64,000 nucleotides of DNA from an uncultured Candidatus Saccharibacteria bacterium (GCA_964566795.1 CAZMIU010000001.1:214789-278788); one strand, 5' to 3'. Shown: positions 16,843 to 26,154, counted from the stretch's first letter. Notes: a model not told the origin generated them from the letters alone. Program-made: numbers and translations.

Positions 16843-18021
16843 CTACTTCAGATACTTTTTGTTTTTGAGCTTCTCGGGCAAATACGACTCATCATCATAC
16901 ATATCATAGCCTTTGCCATACTTGAGGTTTTTCATCAGCTTGGTGGGCGCGTTGCGAATCTTGAGCGGCACCGGCAGGTTGCCGTGTTTTTTTACATCGT
17001 CTAGCGCCTCAAAGTAGGCGTCGTAGCTGGCCCGGCTCTTTTTGCACTCCGAGAGGTAGGCCACACCGTGTGCCAGGTTTATAGCACACTCGGGGTAGCC
17101 AATTTTATCGCACGCCTCAAATACGGCATTGGCCACTACAAGCGCTGTGGGTGCCGCAAGCCCCACGTCCTCGGAGGCAAAAATAACCATGCGCCGCGCA
17201 ATAAACAGTGGGTCCTCCCCCGCCTCGACCATCCGCGCCAGGTAATACAAGGCTGCGTCGGGCTGGCTGGCGCGCATGCTTTTTATGAATGCCGAGATGG
17301 TGTTGTAGTGCTCCTCGCCTTTCTTGTCATAACGCAGGTGCGTACTCTGCACAGTCTCTTTGAGGCACTCCAGCGATAATTTTCCATAGAGCTTGTGCGT
17401 GTTCTCAAGCGTCGTTATAGCCTGCCGCGCATCGCCGCCGGCGACTCTAAGCAGCCACCCGCGTCCATCTTTAGGCAACTTGGTTTTTAGTACCTTGGCG
17501 GCCCTCTCTACAATTGCGGCCATGTTTTGCTCGGTGAGCTCATTAAGCACAAACACCCGCGCCCGGCTGAGTAATGCCGAAATAACCTCAAACGACGGGT
17601 TCTCGGTTGTCGCGCCTACCAAAGTAATATCTCCTCTTTCGACAAAAGGAAGCAGGAAATCTTGTTGAGCCTTATTAAATCTGTGTATCTCATCCACAAA
17701 GACCACGATTGGCTTTTCAAATCCCAACGTGCCACGTTTGGGTATTATTTTTCTCAGATCTTCTTTACCCGCATCGACTGCAGATAGTTCGTAAAAGTCA
17801 GCCCCTAAAGCGTTGGCGTACATGCGCGCCAGTGTTGTCTTGCCCGAGCCCGGCGGGCCCCAGAGTATAAAGGAAAAAAGCTCGCGCTTTTCCATCGCAA
17901 CACGCAAGGGTTTGCCAGGGCCCACCAAGTGCTCCTGCCCCACAAACTGCTCGAGCGTTTTGGGGCGCAGTTTGTTTGCCAGAGGTTCCACCGTATAAGT
18001 GTACTCTTTTACCCTTCTCAC
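16843..18021 (-). CDS. rarA: Replication-associated recombination protein A (MgsA/RarA AAA+ ATPase)
   Basis: Walker A GPPGSGKTTLA. VVFVDEIHRFNKAQQD. C-terminal MgsA-type domain. The start appears to be GTG. Confidence 0.85.
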   Translation of the reverse strand: MRRVKEYTYTVEPLANKLRPKTLEQFVGQEHLVGPGKPLRVAMEKRELFSFILWGPPGSGKTTLARMYANALGADFYELSAVDAGKEDLRKIIPKRGTLGFEKPIVVFVDEIHRFNKAQQDFLLPFVERGDITLVGATTENPSFEVISALLSRARVFVLNELTEQNMAAIVERAAKVLKTKLPKDGRGWLLRVAGGDARQAITTLENTHKLYGKLSLECLKETVQSTHLRYDKKGEEHYNTISAFIKSMRASQPDAALYYLARMVEAGEDPLFIARRMVIFASEDVGLAAPTALVVANAVFEACDKIGYPECAINLAHGVAYLSECKKSRASYDAYFEALDDVKKHGNLPVPLKIRNAPTKLMKNLKYGKGYDMYDDESYLPEKLKNKKYLK

Positions 18022-18056
18022 AGGTACACAAATAACTACACCACATTTTTTTAAAA

Positions 18057-18112
18057 ATATGGGTGCTTAGCCCCAATATTTTTTGATTTTTGTGGTCTAA
18101 TTTTTATTTACA
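18057..18112 (-). promoter_or_regulatory. Conserved ~55-nt AT-rich element with a GGTGCTWAGCACC palindrome, upstream of rarA (copy 1 of 2)
   Basis: The minus-strand read aaataaaaattagaccacaaaaatcaaaaaatattggggctaagcaccc aligns closely with the 61735..61792 copy. Confidence 0.35.
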
Positions 18113-18130
18113 TTTCGGGTACACAAATCA

Positions 18131-18157
18131 AAAGGCCCCACTATGAGGGCCTTTTGC
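18131..18157 (-). terminator. Rho-independent terminator after the KGG-repeat gene
   Basis: aaaaggccccactatgagggccttttg. Confidence 0.5.
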
Positions 18158-18171
18158 CTGGCACATCAAGC

Positions 18172-18477
18172 CTAGATGTCGCTGTCGAGTGTGTCATTAT
18201 CCCGGCTCGTGCGGCCGCCGCCGTGGCTGTTTTGACCGCCCTTCTGACCCGCTGCAACCGCCTTCTCCCTATTGTTGGCAAAGTTGCCGGGGTTGTTGTC
18301 CTTGCCCTGGGACTGCCCGCCCTTACTTGCGATAGATTTGCGTTTCTCCTCGCTCATTCCGGCAAAGCCGCGGCCGCTCTTGCTGGGCATCTCGACATCC
18401 TTGGCCTCGCCCGCCACCTCAAGCTCGTCGCGTTCCGGGTCAAACTGGTCCTGCTCGTTTTGGTCTCGGTTTTGCAT
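18172..18477 (-). CDS. KGG-repeat general stress protein (YciG/Con-10-like)
   Basis: KGGQSQGK, AGQKGGQNSHGGG. Acidic, hydrophilic 101-aa protein. Confidence 0.6.
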   Translation of the reverse strand: MQNRDQNEQDQFDPERDELEVAGEAKDVEMPSKSGRGFAGMSEEKRKSIASKGGQSQGKDNNPGNFANNREKAVAAGQKGGQNSHGGGRTSRDNDTLDSDI

Positions 18478-18593
18478 ATGGGTAGTCGATTAGCCATTAA
18501 TCGCACTGACCTATGGTAGCGTATTGCACCTGAACTCCGGATTAAGCACCTGTCACGCGCTATAGGCACCGATAGGTGCAAAAGACACCGGGG

Positions 18594-20294
18594 CTATGTG
18601 CTGGCGCCTGGAGCCTGAGGGAGGTCGAGCTTGGCCAGGGCTTGTGAGTAGGTGAGCCCCACCTTTTTGCCCGGGTTAAATATCCCGTGCGGGTCAAACA
18701 GCTTTTTTATCTGGATAAACAGGGCCATCATGTCGCGGCCAAACATCTTCTCTACATACGGGGTGCGCACCAACCCGTCGTTGTGCTCGCCTGTTATGGA
18801 GCCTCCGTACTCCATAACAAGGTCGTACACTTTGTGCGACAGCTCGTCTATCACGCGCCCTATCGTGGGGTCGTTGGGGTTAATGAGCGGGATGATATGG
18901 AAATTGCCGTCGCCTACATGGCCAGCCACGGTGTACACCAAATGAGGATACTGCGCCATAAGGCTTTGCAGTTTGGGCAAAAACTCGGGCAGTGTTTGGG
19001 GCGGCACGACAAAGTCGTCTATAAACGGCGCGGTGCGCTTGTCGCGTATCTTTTTGCGCAGCAAAGCAAAGCTCTCGCGCCGCACCGCCCAATATTTGCG
19101 TGCAGCAGACTCGCTCTTGGCAACGCGCACGGACACGTGAGACTTGTTGTGCGCAGCCTCGGCTGCAAGCCTCTTTGCCTTTGCCAGGGCCTTGGCCTGC
19201 GTGTCGTCCCTAAACTCTACAAGCAACACAAGCTTGGGCACGCCGCCAGTCATAGCCATCCACAATTCGGGCAAAAACGACCACGCCATCGAGATAAGCC
19301 CCGACTTCATCTGGCGGCCAAGCTCGGGCAGATATTTTATCGCAATAGAAAAGGTATGGTCGTCGTAGCTCTCAAAGCTGTCGGGTGCGTAGCGCAAAAC
19401 CTCGGGCACCAACTCGCCCAATTGGGACAGGTTGTTTACAAATATGACCGTCATCGCCGAGTACGGCTTGGGTGTAACTAGCTTAAAGCGGACGCGGGTC
19501 ACAATACCCAGGGTGCCCTGCGCGCCTACCATGAGCCGTGCGAGGTTGAGCGACTGTACGCCGTCGCCCATGTCCCACAGCGCATAGCCTGCAGAGTTTT
19601 TCTCTACCTTTGGCTTGTGCTCTTGTATCACTTTGACATAGGCCGGAGTCTTGAGCATCTGTGAGACACTGCGATACAGGTCTCCCTCTGTGCCCGGCTC
19701 CTGCAGTTTTTGCGCCAGCTCAGGCCCCGAGAGTGCTCGCAGTGTGTGCACCTCGCCGTCCCACAGCACCACATCAAGCTCCTCCACATAGCGTGCTGTT
19801 TTGCCGTATGTAAGGTTTTTCTCGCCGCCGGAATTGTTGCCCACCATGCCGCCCACTGTGTTGAGCTCGCGGCTGGCGGTGTAGCTGGGGAGCTCGAGGC
19901 CCTTCTTTTTGGTCTCGCGGTCAAAGTCCCTAAAGAACATGCCGGGCTCAACTACGGCGTAACCTGCCCCGCCCTTTGCGTCGGGGTCGTCACCCAACTC
20001 AAGAAGGTGGTTAAGGTGCGCAGTGTCTAAAATAATAGAGCTGTTAAGCGGGCCGCCGGACATGTCGGTGCCGGCGGCGCGCGGCGTAATGTGCAGGTCA
20101 AGCTTATGGTTTTCCTGCTTTTTTGCGGCGACAAACTTAACCACCGCGCAGACATCCTGCGCGTCCCTGGGGCGCACCACTACCTGGGGCACCACCCTAA
20201 ACAGGCTCGCATCGCGCGAATAGGTATCGAGCGTCTGTGCGTCATCAAGAACCTCTCCGCGCACCAAGGCGCGCAACTCTTGTGCTAGGGGCAT
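18594..20294 (-). CDS. FAD-linked oxidase (GlcD / D-lactate dehydrogenase family)
   Basis: FAD-binding PCMH-type N-terminal domain (ITPRAAGTDMSGG). C-terminal FAD-oxidase domain with HVGDGNFH. Confidence 0.8.
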   Translation of the reverse strand: MPLAQELRALVRGEVLDDAQTLDTYSRDASLFRVVPQVVVRPRDAQDVCAVVKFVAAKKQENHKLDLHITPRAAGTDMSGGPLNSSIILDTAHLNHLLELGDDPDAKGGAGYAVVEPGMFFRDFDRETKKKGLELPSYTASRELNTVGGMVGNNSGGEKNLTYGKTARYVEELDVVLWDGEVHTLRALSGPELAQKLQEPGTEGDLYRSVSQMLKTPAYVKVIQEHKPKVEKNSAGYALWDMGDGVQSLNLARLMVGAQGTLGIVTRVRFKLVTPKPYSAMTVIFVNNLSQLGELVPEVLRYAPDSFESYDDHTFSIAIKYLPELGRQMKSGLISMAWSFLPELWMAMTGGVPKLVLLVEFRDDTQAKALAKAKRLAAEAAHNKSHVSVRVAKSESAARKYWAVRRESFALLRKKIRDKRTAPFIDDFVVPPQTLPEFLPKLQSLMAQYPHLVYTVAGHVGDGNFHIIPLINPNDPTIGRVIDELSHKVYDLVMEYGGSITGEHNDGLVRTPYVEKMFGRDMMALFIQIKKLFDPHGIFNPGKKVGLTYSQALAKLDLPQAPGAST

Positions 20295-20316
20295 GTGCCC
20301 TTATTTTACAGCACGA

Positions 20317-20913
20317 TTAGCACTGGAGCGCTGCGCGGCACTGCCTCTTAGCTTCGTCGTTGGGGATCATATCGCATTGGCTGCAGGTGTTTGCCGGTGC
20401 GATCCCGGACTGCGCGCCCGCAGCGGCGGCAGCGTCCTGCACCTGCATGCTGGATACAGTGTTAAAGGTTACCGAGGTTGGGATCTCAAACCGGCTCTCG
20501 TCCGGGGCCCACGACTTGCATGTCACCGTTACGCGGTCGTCTGGGCCTGTGGTCGGGCTTTCGCTTGTGCTTGTGGCCTCGCTAAACGAATTTTTAAAGC
20601 CTTGCGTCATGCCGTCGGCCCAGATGTAGCTCGTGTTCTCGCGCATGATAAGGTGCCCGGTTGTGGTTGGCCCGCCAAACGACGCGGTAAAGTCGCCGCG
20701 TATCTTGCCGCCGGCCACAAAGAGCGTGCCTGCGCTGCCGTTTGGAGCCGTAAAGGCGCACTCCTGCGGAGACTGGCTCTGTGCAAGCTCAGCAAAGCTC
20801 TTGGTCGGGTCTGCCTGCTTGGTGCCGGGCATGCCGCCCTTAGACCACAAGTAATACCCGCCTCCTGCTACAACCAAAACTGCGATAATCCCTCCTACAA
20901 CTGCTTTATTCAT
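20317..20913 (-). CDS. Hypothetical membrane-anchored extracytoplasmic protein
   Basis: N-terminal TM MNKAVVGGIIAVLVVAGGGYYLW. Four Cys. No recognisable domain. Confidence 0.45.
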   Translation of the reverse strand: MNKAVVGGIIAVLVVAGGGYYLWSKGGMPGTKQADPTKSFAELAQSQSPQECAFTAPNGSAGTLFVAGGKIRGDFTASFGGPTTTGHLIMRENTSYIWADGMTQGFKNSFSEATSTSESPTTGPDDRVTVTCKSWAPDESRFEIPTSVTFNTVSSMQVQDAAAAAGAQSGIAPANTCSQCDMIPNDEAKRQCRAALQC

Positions 20914-20954
20914 ATAGTACCTGTTGGCTTATAACGTACCCTCAGTATATACGA

Positions 20955-20986
20955 AAAAGCCCCGCTTGCGCGGGGCATTTCCCTTC
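20955..20986 (-). terminator. Rho-independent terminator after the small lmo0937-like gene
   Basis: Minus strand reads gggaaatgccccgcgcaagcggggcttttt. Confidence 0.5.
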
Positions 20987-20993
20987 CTTGGCT

Positions 20994-21146
20994 TTAGGCA
21001 ATCGGGTTGCGGCCCTGAATAAGCCTGATGAGCACCATGACAATCGCTATCACCAAAAGGATATGGATAAACCCGCCTACGGTGTAGGAGGTCACCAACC
21101 CCAGGAGCCACAGCACAAGCAAAATCGTCGCGATGGTTACGAGCAT
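20994..21146 (-). CDS. lmo0937-family small membrane protein (50 aa); below the ORF-track size cutoff
   Basis: MLVTIATILLVLWLLGLVTSYTVGGFIHILLVIAIVMVLIRLIQGRNPIA carries the family signature (LLVLWLLG…GGxIHILLVIAIV…LIQGR). Confidence 0.55.
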   Translation of the reverse strand: MLVTIATILLVLWLLGLVTSYTVGGFIHILLVIAIVMVLIRLIQGRNPIA

Positions 21147-21222
21147 ATAGAGAAATGATTAAGGGTTAATACGTCTACCCTACCATTGAACAAGGCCCGG
21201 CTGATGCCTGTGTGAAGCGGGA

Positions 21223-21651
21223 CTAGAGACCCTCGCGCTGGACGAAGTTGTCGCGCTTAACTACAGTGCCGTCGGCATTAAACTCGACATCACCTTCCTT
21301 AAGGACAAGTTTGCCGCCTTCGCTAAAGATGCCGACCTCCTTGCCGCTTAGGTCGCGGGCGCATATAACGCCAGACACCTCGCCAGGCAGAAGCGGCGTG
21401 GTGGTTGCGCCAACAAGCGCGCAGGTGCCGCGGTAGCCTCCAACAGGCACATCTACGCCGGCAACGTTAAGGAACACGCGCGTGGTGGTGCCTTGGGTAT
21501 CCGGGTCTAGCCCCTGGTCAACGATCTTCCACTGCAGCTGCTCGACCACAACCGGGTCGACTTTCATAGAATTGAGCTTGGCAGCCAGAGCCCAGGCAGC
21601 AAGCGCCAGCACAACAAGCCCCACGACCACCATGACGTATTTTCTGTCCAT
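21223..21651 (-). CDS. Hypothetical membrane-anchored protein (trimmed to internal Met MDRKYVMVVVGL)
   Basis: N-terminal TM anchor, then a soluble domain. The longer ORF start would overlap the divergent rsuA start. Confidence 0.4.
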   Translation of the reverse strand: MDRKYVMVVVGLVVLALAAWALAAKLNSMKVDPVVVEQLQWKIVDQGLDPDTQGTTTRVFLNVAGVDVPVGGYRGTCALVGATTTPLLPGEVSGVICARDLSGKEVGIFSEGGKLVLKEGDVEFNADGTVVKRDNFVQREGL

Positions 21652-21670
21652 ATGGGTGTAGTATAGCAAA

Positions 21671-22348
21671 ATGCGGATAAACAAGTATATGGCCGACCAA
21701 GGCCTATGCACCCGGCGCGAGGCCGACCGATACATAGCACAGGGCCTCGTCCTTATAAACGGGGTCAAGGCCCGCTTGGGCGACCAAGTTCATGAAGGCG
21801 ACATTGTGGAGACGAACCTCCCCGAGCGCCATTACCGCTACTTTGCCTACAACAAGCCGCGCGGGATTGTGACCCACTCGGCGCAGGCGGGCCAAGAAGA
21901 TATTGGCGACGTGGCCGGGCTTGAGGGAGTGTCCCCCATGGGCCGGCTAGACAAAGATTCTCATGGCCTGATTATTTTGACGGACGATGGCCGGATAACG
22001 GAGAAATTGCTAGGCCCCGAGGCCAATAAAGAAAAGGAGTATGTAGTCATAACGAAAGAACACATCCCGCCCAGTTTTGCCGCCCGTATGCAAAAGGGTG
22101 TCGACATCGAGGGTTACATCACCAAGCCCGCTAGGGTTAAAATTTTAGGTGACAAAAAGTTTTCAATCATTTTGACCGAGGGCAAAAAGCACCAGGTACG
22201 CCGCATGTGCGCGGCCTGGGGCTACACTGTCGCCGACCTCAAGCGCATCCGGGTGATGAACATCAAGCTGGGACAACTCCAACCCGGGCAGTTTAGAACC
22301 ATCAAAGGCCAGGAACTCAAGGAGTTTTTTGGGGCGCTCGGCCTTTAA
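21671..22348 (+). CDS. rsuA: S4-domain pseudouridine synthase (RsuA/RluB family)
   Basis: N-terminal S4 domain (INKYMADQGLCTRREADRYIAQGLVLINGV). Catalytic region with GRLDKDSHGLIILTDDG. Confidence 0.8.
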   Translation: MRINKYMADQGLCTRREADRYIAQGLVLINGVKARLGDQVHEGDIVETNLPERHYRYFAYNKPRGIVTHSAQAGQEDIGDVAGLEGVSPMGRLDKDSHGLIILTDDGRITEKLLGPEANKEKEYVVITKEHIPPSFAARMQKGVDIEGYITKPARVKILGDKKFSIILTEGKKHQVRRMCAAWGYTVADLKRIRVMNIKLGQLQPGQFRTIKGQELKEFFGALGL

Positions 22349-22350
22349 CG

Positions 22351-22382
22351 CAAAAGGCCCCGGATTGCTCCGGGGCCTTTTG
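22351..22382. terminator. Bidirectional rho-independent terminator between the convergent rsuA and cspA
   Basis: caaaaggccccggattgctccggggccttttg. Confidence 0.6.
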
Positions 22383-22389
22383 GCGCGCA

Positions 22390-22587
22390 CTAGGCGCGGG
22401 AGACGTTGACGGCGTTGGGGCCCTTGGGTCCCTCGGTAACCTCAAAGTTGAGCGTATCGCCCACCTTAAGTTCATCAAAGGTAACACCTACAAGGTCCTT
22501 GGAGTGGAAGAAGAGGTCCTTGGCCTCGCCCTCGCGGGAGATAAAGCCAAAGCCACGATCCGTCAAGGTTTTGATTGTTCCAGTCAT
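22390..22587 (-). CDS. cspA: Cold-shock protein (CspA family)
   Basis: MTGTIKTLTDRGFGFISREGEAKDLFFH contains the RNP1/RNP2 motifs. Confidence 0.85.
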   Translation of the reverse strand: MTGTIKTLTDRGFGFISREGEAKDLFFHSKDLVGVTFDELKVGDTLNFEVTEGPKGPNAVNVSRA

Positions 22588-22671
22588 TGCTTGTTAGTTA
22601 TTGTGCTGCGAAACTCCGACCCCGTTTCTTGCCTGGCAGTATACCACACATACACGGCATATGCACTTGGC

Positions 22672-23307
22672 CTAGACTATGGGGATAGGCTCGCCCAAAA
22701 ACTTTGGGGAACGGCCCGTCCACACATCAAGGACCGCCTTGATGCGCGCCAGAGACTCCCTCACCTCGTTACGGGGCAAAAGGTTCACATTGTCTGCGCG
22801 ATAGCCTACCGCGTCTATCCCCACACTGTGTGCCAAGTAGAGCGAGCGCGGCAGATGAAAGCTCTGGGTCGCGATAATAGCCGAGCGCACGGCAAATATC
22901 TCGCGCGCGCGGTACATGGTGCTATACGTGTCAAACCCGGCGTGGTCAAGATAAATATCACCCTCTGGTATCCCCTGACCTACAAGGTACTTGCGCGCCG
23001 GGTCTACCTCGTTGTGCTCTACGGTGGAGTTGTCGCCAGACACCAAAATCTTCTCTACCTTACCCGCTTTATACAGCTCTATGGCCGCGTTGGCCCGGTC
23101 TAAAAACACAGCGCTTAATGCCCCGCTCCTAAGCACCGCAGCCCCCGGCACGATGACTACCGTATGCTTAGGCACCTCATCAATACTGGCGTACATGTGG
23201 CGCTGCTCAAGCCCCACCATAAGCGCATTTATGCCCACAAATATCGCAAGGCACGCCAGCGCCGCAAGAAAAAGCCTTTTTAGAAGCATCACGTACAATT
23301 GTAACAA
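22672..23307 (-). CDS. DUF218 (SanA/YdcF/ElyC family) envelope protein
   Basis: N-terminal TM. VVIVPGAAV…ILVSGDNS…DTYSTMYRA is the DUF218 pattern. Confidence 0.7.
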   Translation of the reverse strand: MLQLYVMLLKRLFLAALACLAIFVGINALMVGLEQRHMYASIDEVPKHTVVIVPGAAVLRSGALSAVFLDRANAAIELYKAGKVEKILVSGDNSTVEHNEVDPARKYLVGQGIPEGDIYLDHAGFDTYSTMYRAREIFAVRSAIIATQSFHLPRSLYLAHSVGIDAVGYRADNVNLLPRNEVRESLARIKAVLDVWTGRSPKFLGEPIPIV

Positions 23308-23380
23308 ACTACTTCAGGTATGTGCCCGCATCATGAAGTTTTAAAGCGGGAGTGCAGATCGTTTCGTACACTTAGGTGGT

Positions 23381-23908
23381 ATGAAAAAAGCATTAACGAC
23401 CGCACTACTGAGCCTTATCATCGCCTACTCGTTTGCGCCCGTGGCCCTGGCACCAGAGGCCTCTGCCGCACGCACCAGCCAAACGCCGGCTGCACTTGCC
23501 ATACCATCCATAGGCCTGGGGAGTCCCATTGTCCCCATGGGCCTTACGCAAGAGGGCGACCTGGATGTCCCCGACGGCACGACAAACAATGTCGGCTGGT
23601 ATGCCAAGGGCACCGTGCCGGGCGAGATGGGCAGTGCGGTGCTAGACGCGCACGTATACGCCGCGTTCTCCAACCTCGATGAGGTCAGGAAGGGCGACAT
23701 CATATACATTGCCATGAAGGACGGCGCCACTAGGGAGTTTAAGGTGACGGGCTCCAAAGTGTTTAAACTCTCCGAGCTCTCGAGCGAGGAGCTGTTTAAC
23801 CAAAAGGGCGGCCGCTACCTGCACCTTATAACCTGCGCCGGAGAGCTCACTCCCGACAAAAGCACCTACACACACCGCCTGGTGGTATACGCCGAGCTAG
23901 TCGACTAG
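23381..23908 (+). CDS. Sortase (transpeptidase)
   Basis: N-terminal anchor. LDAHV (catalytic His), HLITCAG (TLXTC Cys motif) and THRLVVYA (Arg). Confidence 0.8.
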   Translation: MKKALTTALLSLIIAYSFAPVALAPEASAARTSQTPAALAIPSIGLGSPIVPMGLTQEGDLDVPDGTTNNVGWYAKGTVPGEMGSAVLDAHVYAAFSNLDEVRKGDIIYIAMKDGATREFKVTGSKVFKLSELSSEELFNQKGGRYLHLITCAGELTPDKSTYTHRLVVYAELVD

Positions 23909-23955
23909 TACAAAACCCCACGAGGCTAAACCTCGTGGGGTTTGTGTGTGCCCAG

Positions 23956-24252
23956 CTAGGGCAAGTCTGTGTCTGTGCGCGGCTGAGTCACCAGGTAATA
24001 TGCAGCAGCGCCAACAAGTCCTATAGCTACAACCGCAAACACAAACCACATGGTGTTGTCTGCGGCGGGGCCGGTGTTAGGAACCCCCGGGGTCGTGGCG
24101 TCGCCTGCGCCCCCGGCACCATCTTGCACCGCCGGCGTATCAACCGGCTCGTTGTAGTTTGTATCCGCCTGTGCCAGTGCTGCACCAGAAACCATAAGCA
24201 GCATCGATATGGCAAGAACACTCAAAACCCTTAAGAATGATGTATGCGTCAT
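23956..24252 (-). CDS. Small (98 aa) sortase-substrate-like protein with a VPNTG sorting signal, a hydrophobic segment and a charged tail
   Basis: Signal peptide (…AALAQA). Mature region of ~35 aa. VPNTG, then MWFVFAVVAIGLVGAAAYYLV, then TQPRTDTDLP. Convergent with the sortase gene. Confidence 0.5.
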   Translation of the reverse strand: MTHTSFLRVLSVLAISMLLMVSGAALAQADTNYNEPVDTPAVQDGAGGAGDATTPGVPNTGPAADNTMWFVFAVVAIGLVGAAAYYLVTQPRTDTDLP

Positions 24253-24326
24253 ATGCCGTTTGTAAGCTGGTAAATGCCCTAGCCTTACTATGCCGGATAG
24301 CGTATGAACGCATCATGTACTCCGGT

Positions 24327-24770
24327 TTAGGCGTGATGATACTTGCCACCGCTTAGGACCGAGTGCACACGGTAGAGCTGCTCTAGGAGTATCAGGCGCA
24401 CGAGCATATGCGGGAACACGAGCGAGGAGAGCTTAATGGTTGTGTCGGCGCGTTCTTTAACCTCGTCTGAGACGCCAAATGCCCCACCAATAACAAAGAC
24501 CAACCGCTTGGTAGCCGCCTGCATTTCTTTGTCTATAAAGTTGGCAAGCCCGGGCGTGTCTATATCGCGCCCGCGCTCGTCCAGGAGCACTATCTTATCG
24601 CCGTCTTTGAGCAGTTTTAAAATCGCGTTGCCCTCTGTGTCTTTGTCAGAGGGTTTAGGGTGCGCCCACTCGAGGGGCCACACGCGGCTCAGGCGTTTTT
24701 CATACTCGGCAATGCCCTCCTTAGCGGTCTCGTCGTGCCCCTTCCCGGGCGAGATAATCAGGATCTTCAT
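24327..24770 (-). CDS. rlmH: 23S rRNA (pseudouridine1915-N3)-methyltransferase RlmH
   Basis: SPOUT-fold. MKILIISPGKGHDE…LVFVIGGAFGVSDEV. Confidence 0.85.
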   Translation of the reverse strand: MKILIISPGKGHDETAKEGIAEYEKRLSRVWPLEWAHPKPSDKDTEGNAILKLLKDGDKIVLLDERGRDIDTPGLANFIDKEMQAATKRLVFVIGGAFGVSDEVKERADTTIKLSSLVFPHMLVRLILLEQLYRVHSVLSGGKYHHA

Positions 24771-24773
24771 GTG

Positions 24774-24989
24774 TTAGAGATTCAGGAGTCGGTATGACCA
24801 GTATCCGAGTATCCCAAGCCCTGCCGGGTATCCCATAAAGAGCCAAAGCAGCGATGCGAGCTCGGCATTGCCCGGATTCTTAAGGAAGTCATACCAGCTC
24901 ATAAGCCCAAAAGAGCCGGCAACCACGTTAAGCAGCAAAGCGCCTGTCAGTATCGCAACACCCAAAATAAAAATTAGTAAGTACGTCAT
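24774..24989 (-). CDS. Small two-TM membrane protein
   Basis: 71-aa hydrophobic ORF in an operon position with rlmH. Confidence 0.4.
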   Translation of the reverse strand: MTYLLIFILGVAILTGALLLNVVAGSFGLMSWYDFLKNPGNAELASLLWLFMGYPAGLGILGYWSYRLLNL

Positions 24990-25856
24990 TTATTTATCGA
25001 ACAAGGTTGGTAAATACTCGTCTATCTCGCGCTGCTCGAGATCATAAAAGTTTTTCTCGCGGTCGTGGAGGTCGTCTGCGAGCGCCTTGCCCACAAAGCG
25101 CCAATGCCACGGCTCGTACACGTAGTACGAGTTGCCTTTAGGATAGCTCAGTACAAAACCGTACTTGTACGCGTACTTGCTCAGCCACTCATACGCTTGT
25201 GTCTTGTCAAACGACTCTACAAGTCCCTCTTGGCGCGAGCCCGAGAGGTCGATGGTGGTACCCAGCTGGTGCTCGGAATAGCCCTGGTCTGCGCTAAATG
25301 CGTTGGCCGTGCCTGCGCCATAGGTTACCGTATAGGCGCTTTTGAGCGCCTTTTGCTCATCAAACGAGCGGTAGGACGAGCGCACGTACATATCAACGCC
25401 GTCATCCTTGGCTTCATTAAGCATGTCCTCCAGGTATGGCAGGACCTGTGCGTTTATCTTTTCAGCCCGCGCCTCGTTGTAGGTAAACTCCTTCTCTATC
25501 TGGGCCAGCCTTGCGGGAGCATAGTGTTCGTTTAAAAAGAACACCTTAGAGTACTTCTGCAGCAGCTCGCGGTCGGTGTCCTTGAGCTTCTCCAGTATGT
25601 CTACCGTGCCCGATATGTCACCCACCTTATTTTCAAACCCGCCCAGGCGCTCCTGCACCGCAGCCAATGCCTGCTGTGCCGCATACAGCTGGTCTGAGAG
25701 GCTTGTCACCTTCTGCTCAAGCTCTGCGGTCGAGCTTGCCATCGCCTGGACGCTTGCCTGTACACCCGTGTAGCCCCACACGCCTGCTGCGCCCAGCAGG
25801 ACAAAAGCCACACCGCCCACAAGCGTTTGCCACGGTATATGCGCCAGGCGCTGCAT
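24990..25856 (-). CDS. D-alanyl-D-alanine carboxypeptidase (VanY / peptidase M15B) with an N-terminal TM and coiled coil
   Basis: SYRSFDEQ, GYSEHQLGTTIDL, EPWHWRFVG are the M15B motifs. Confidence 0.7.
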   Translation of the reverse strand: MQRLAHIPWQTLVGGVAFVLLGAAGVWGYTGVQASVQAMASSTAELEQKVTSLSDQLYAAQQALAAVQERLGGFENKVGDISGTVDILEKLKDTDRELLQKYSKVFFLNEHYAPARLAQIEKEFTYNEARAEKINAQVLPYLEDMLNEAKDDGVDMYVRSSYRSFDEQKALKSAYTVTYGAGTANAFSADQGYSEHQLGTTIDLSGSRQEGLVESFDKTQAYEWLSKYAYKYGFVLSYPKGNSYYVYEPWHWRFVGKALADDLHDREKNFYDLEQREIDEYLPTLFDK

Positions 25857-25881
25857 ACCACCAAGTGTAGCAGACCAAGGG

Positions 25882-26154
25882 TTACCTGCCCCGGCTCAGC
25901 GCCCACTTAACTGATCTGCTTATAGGTTTGTCACTGCGGTGGATGCAGCCAATCCAGCAGCACGGGCGCCGCTCGCCGCTTTTCATCTTCGATAGAGCTT
26001 TTTTGATCCGCAGTCCTCTGGTTTCTGCTTTTTTGCCCGATATCACCCAACAGATCCACTCCTGGCGCGCCAGGGGCGTGATATCCGCCCACAGTGCCGC
26101 CACCTTTTTGTCCGAGGCAATAGCCCTTTTAAAGTCCGGGGGCAGCGTATGCAT
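25882..26154 (-). CDS. YdeI/OmpD-associated family protein (DUF1801-like)
   Basis: LPPDFKRAIASDKKVAALWADITPLARQEWICWVISGKKAETR. Confidence 0.5.
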   Translation of the reverse strand: MHTLPPDFKRAIASDKKVAALWADITPLARQEWICWVISGKKAETRGLRIKKALSKMKSGERRPCCWIGCIHRSDKPISRSVKWALSRGR

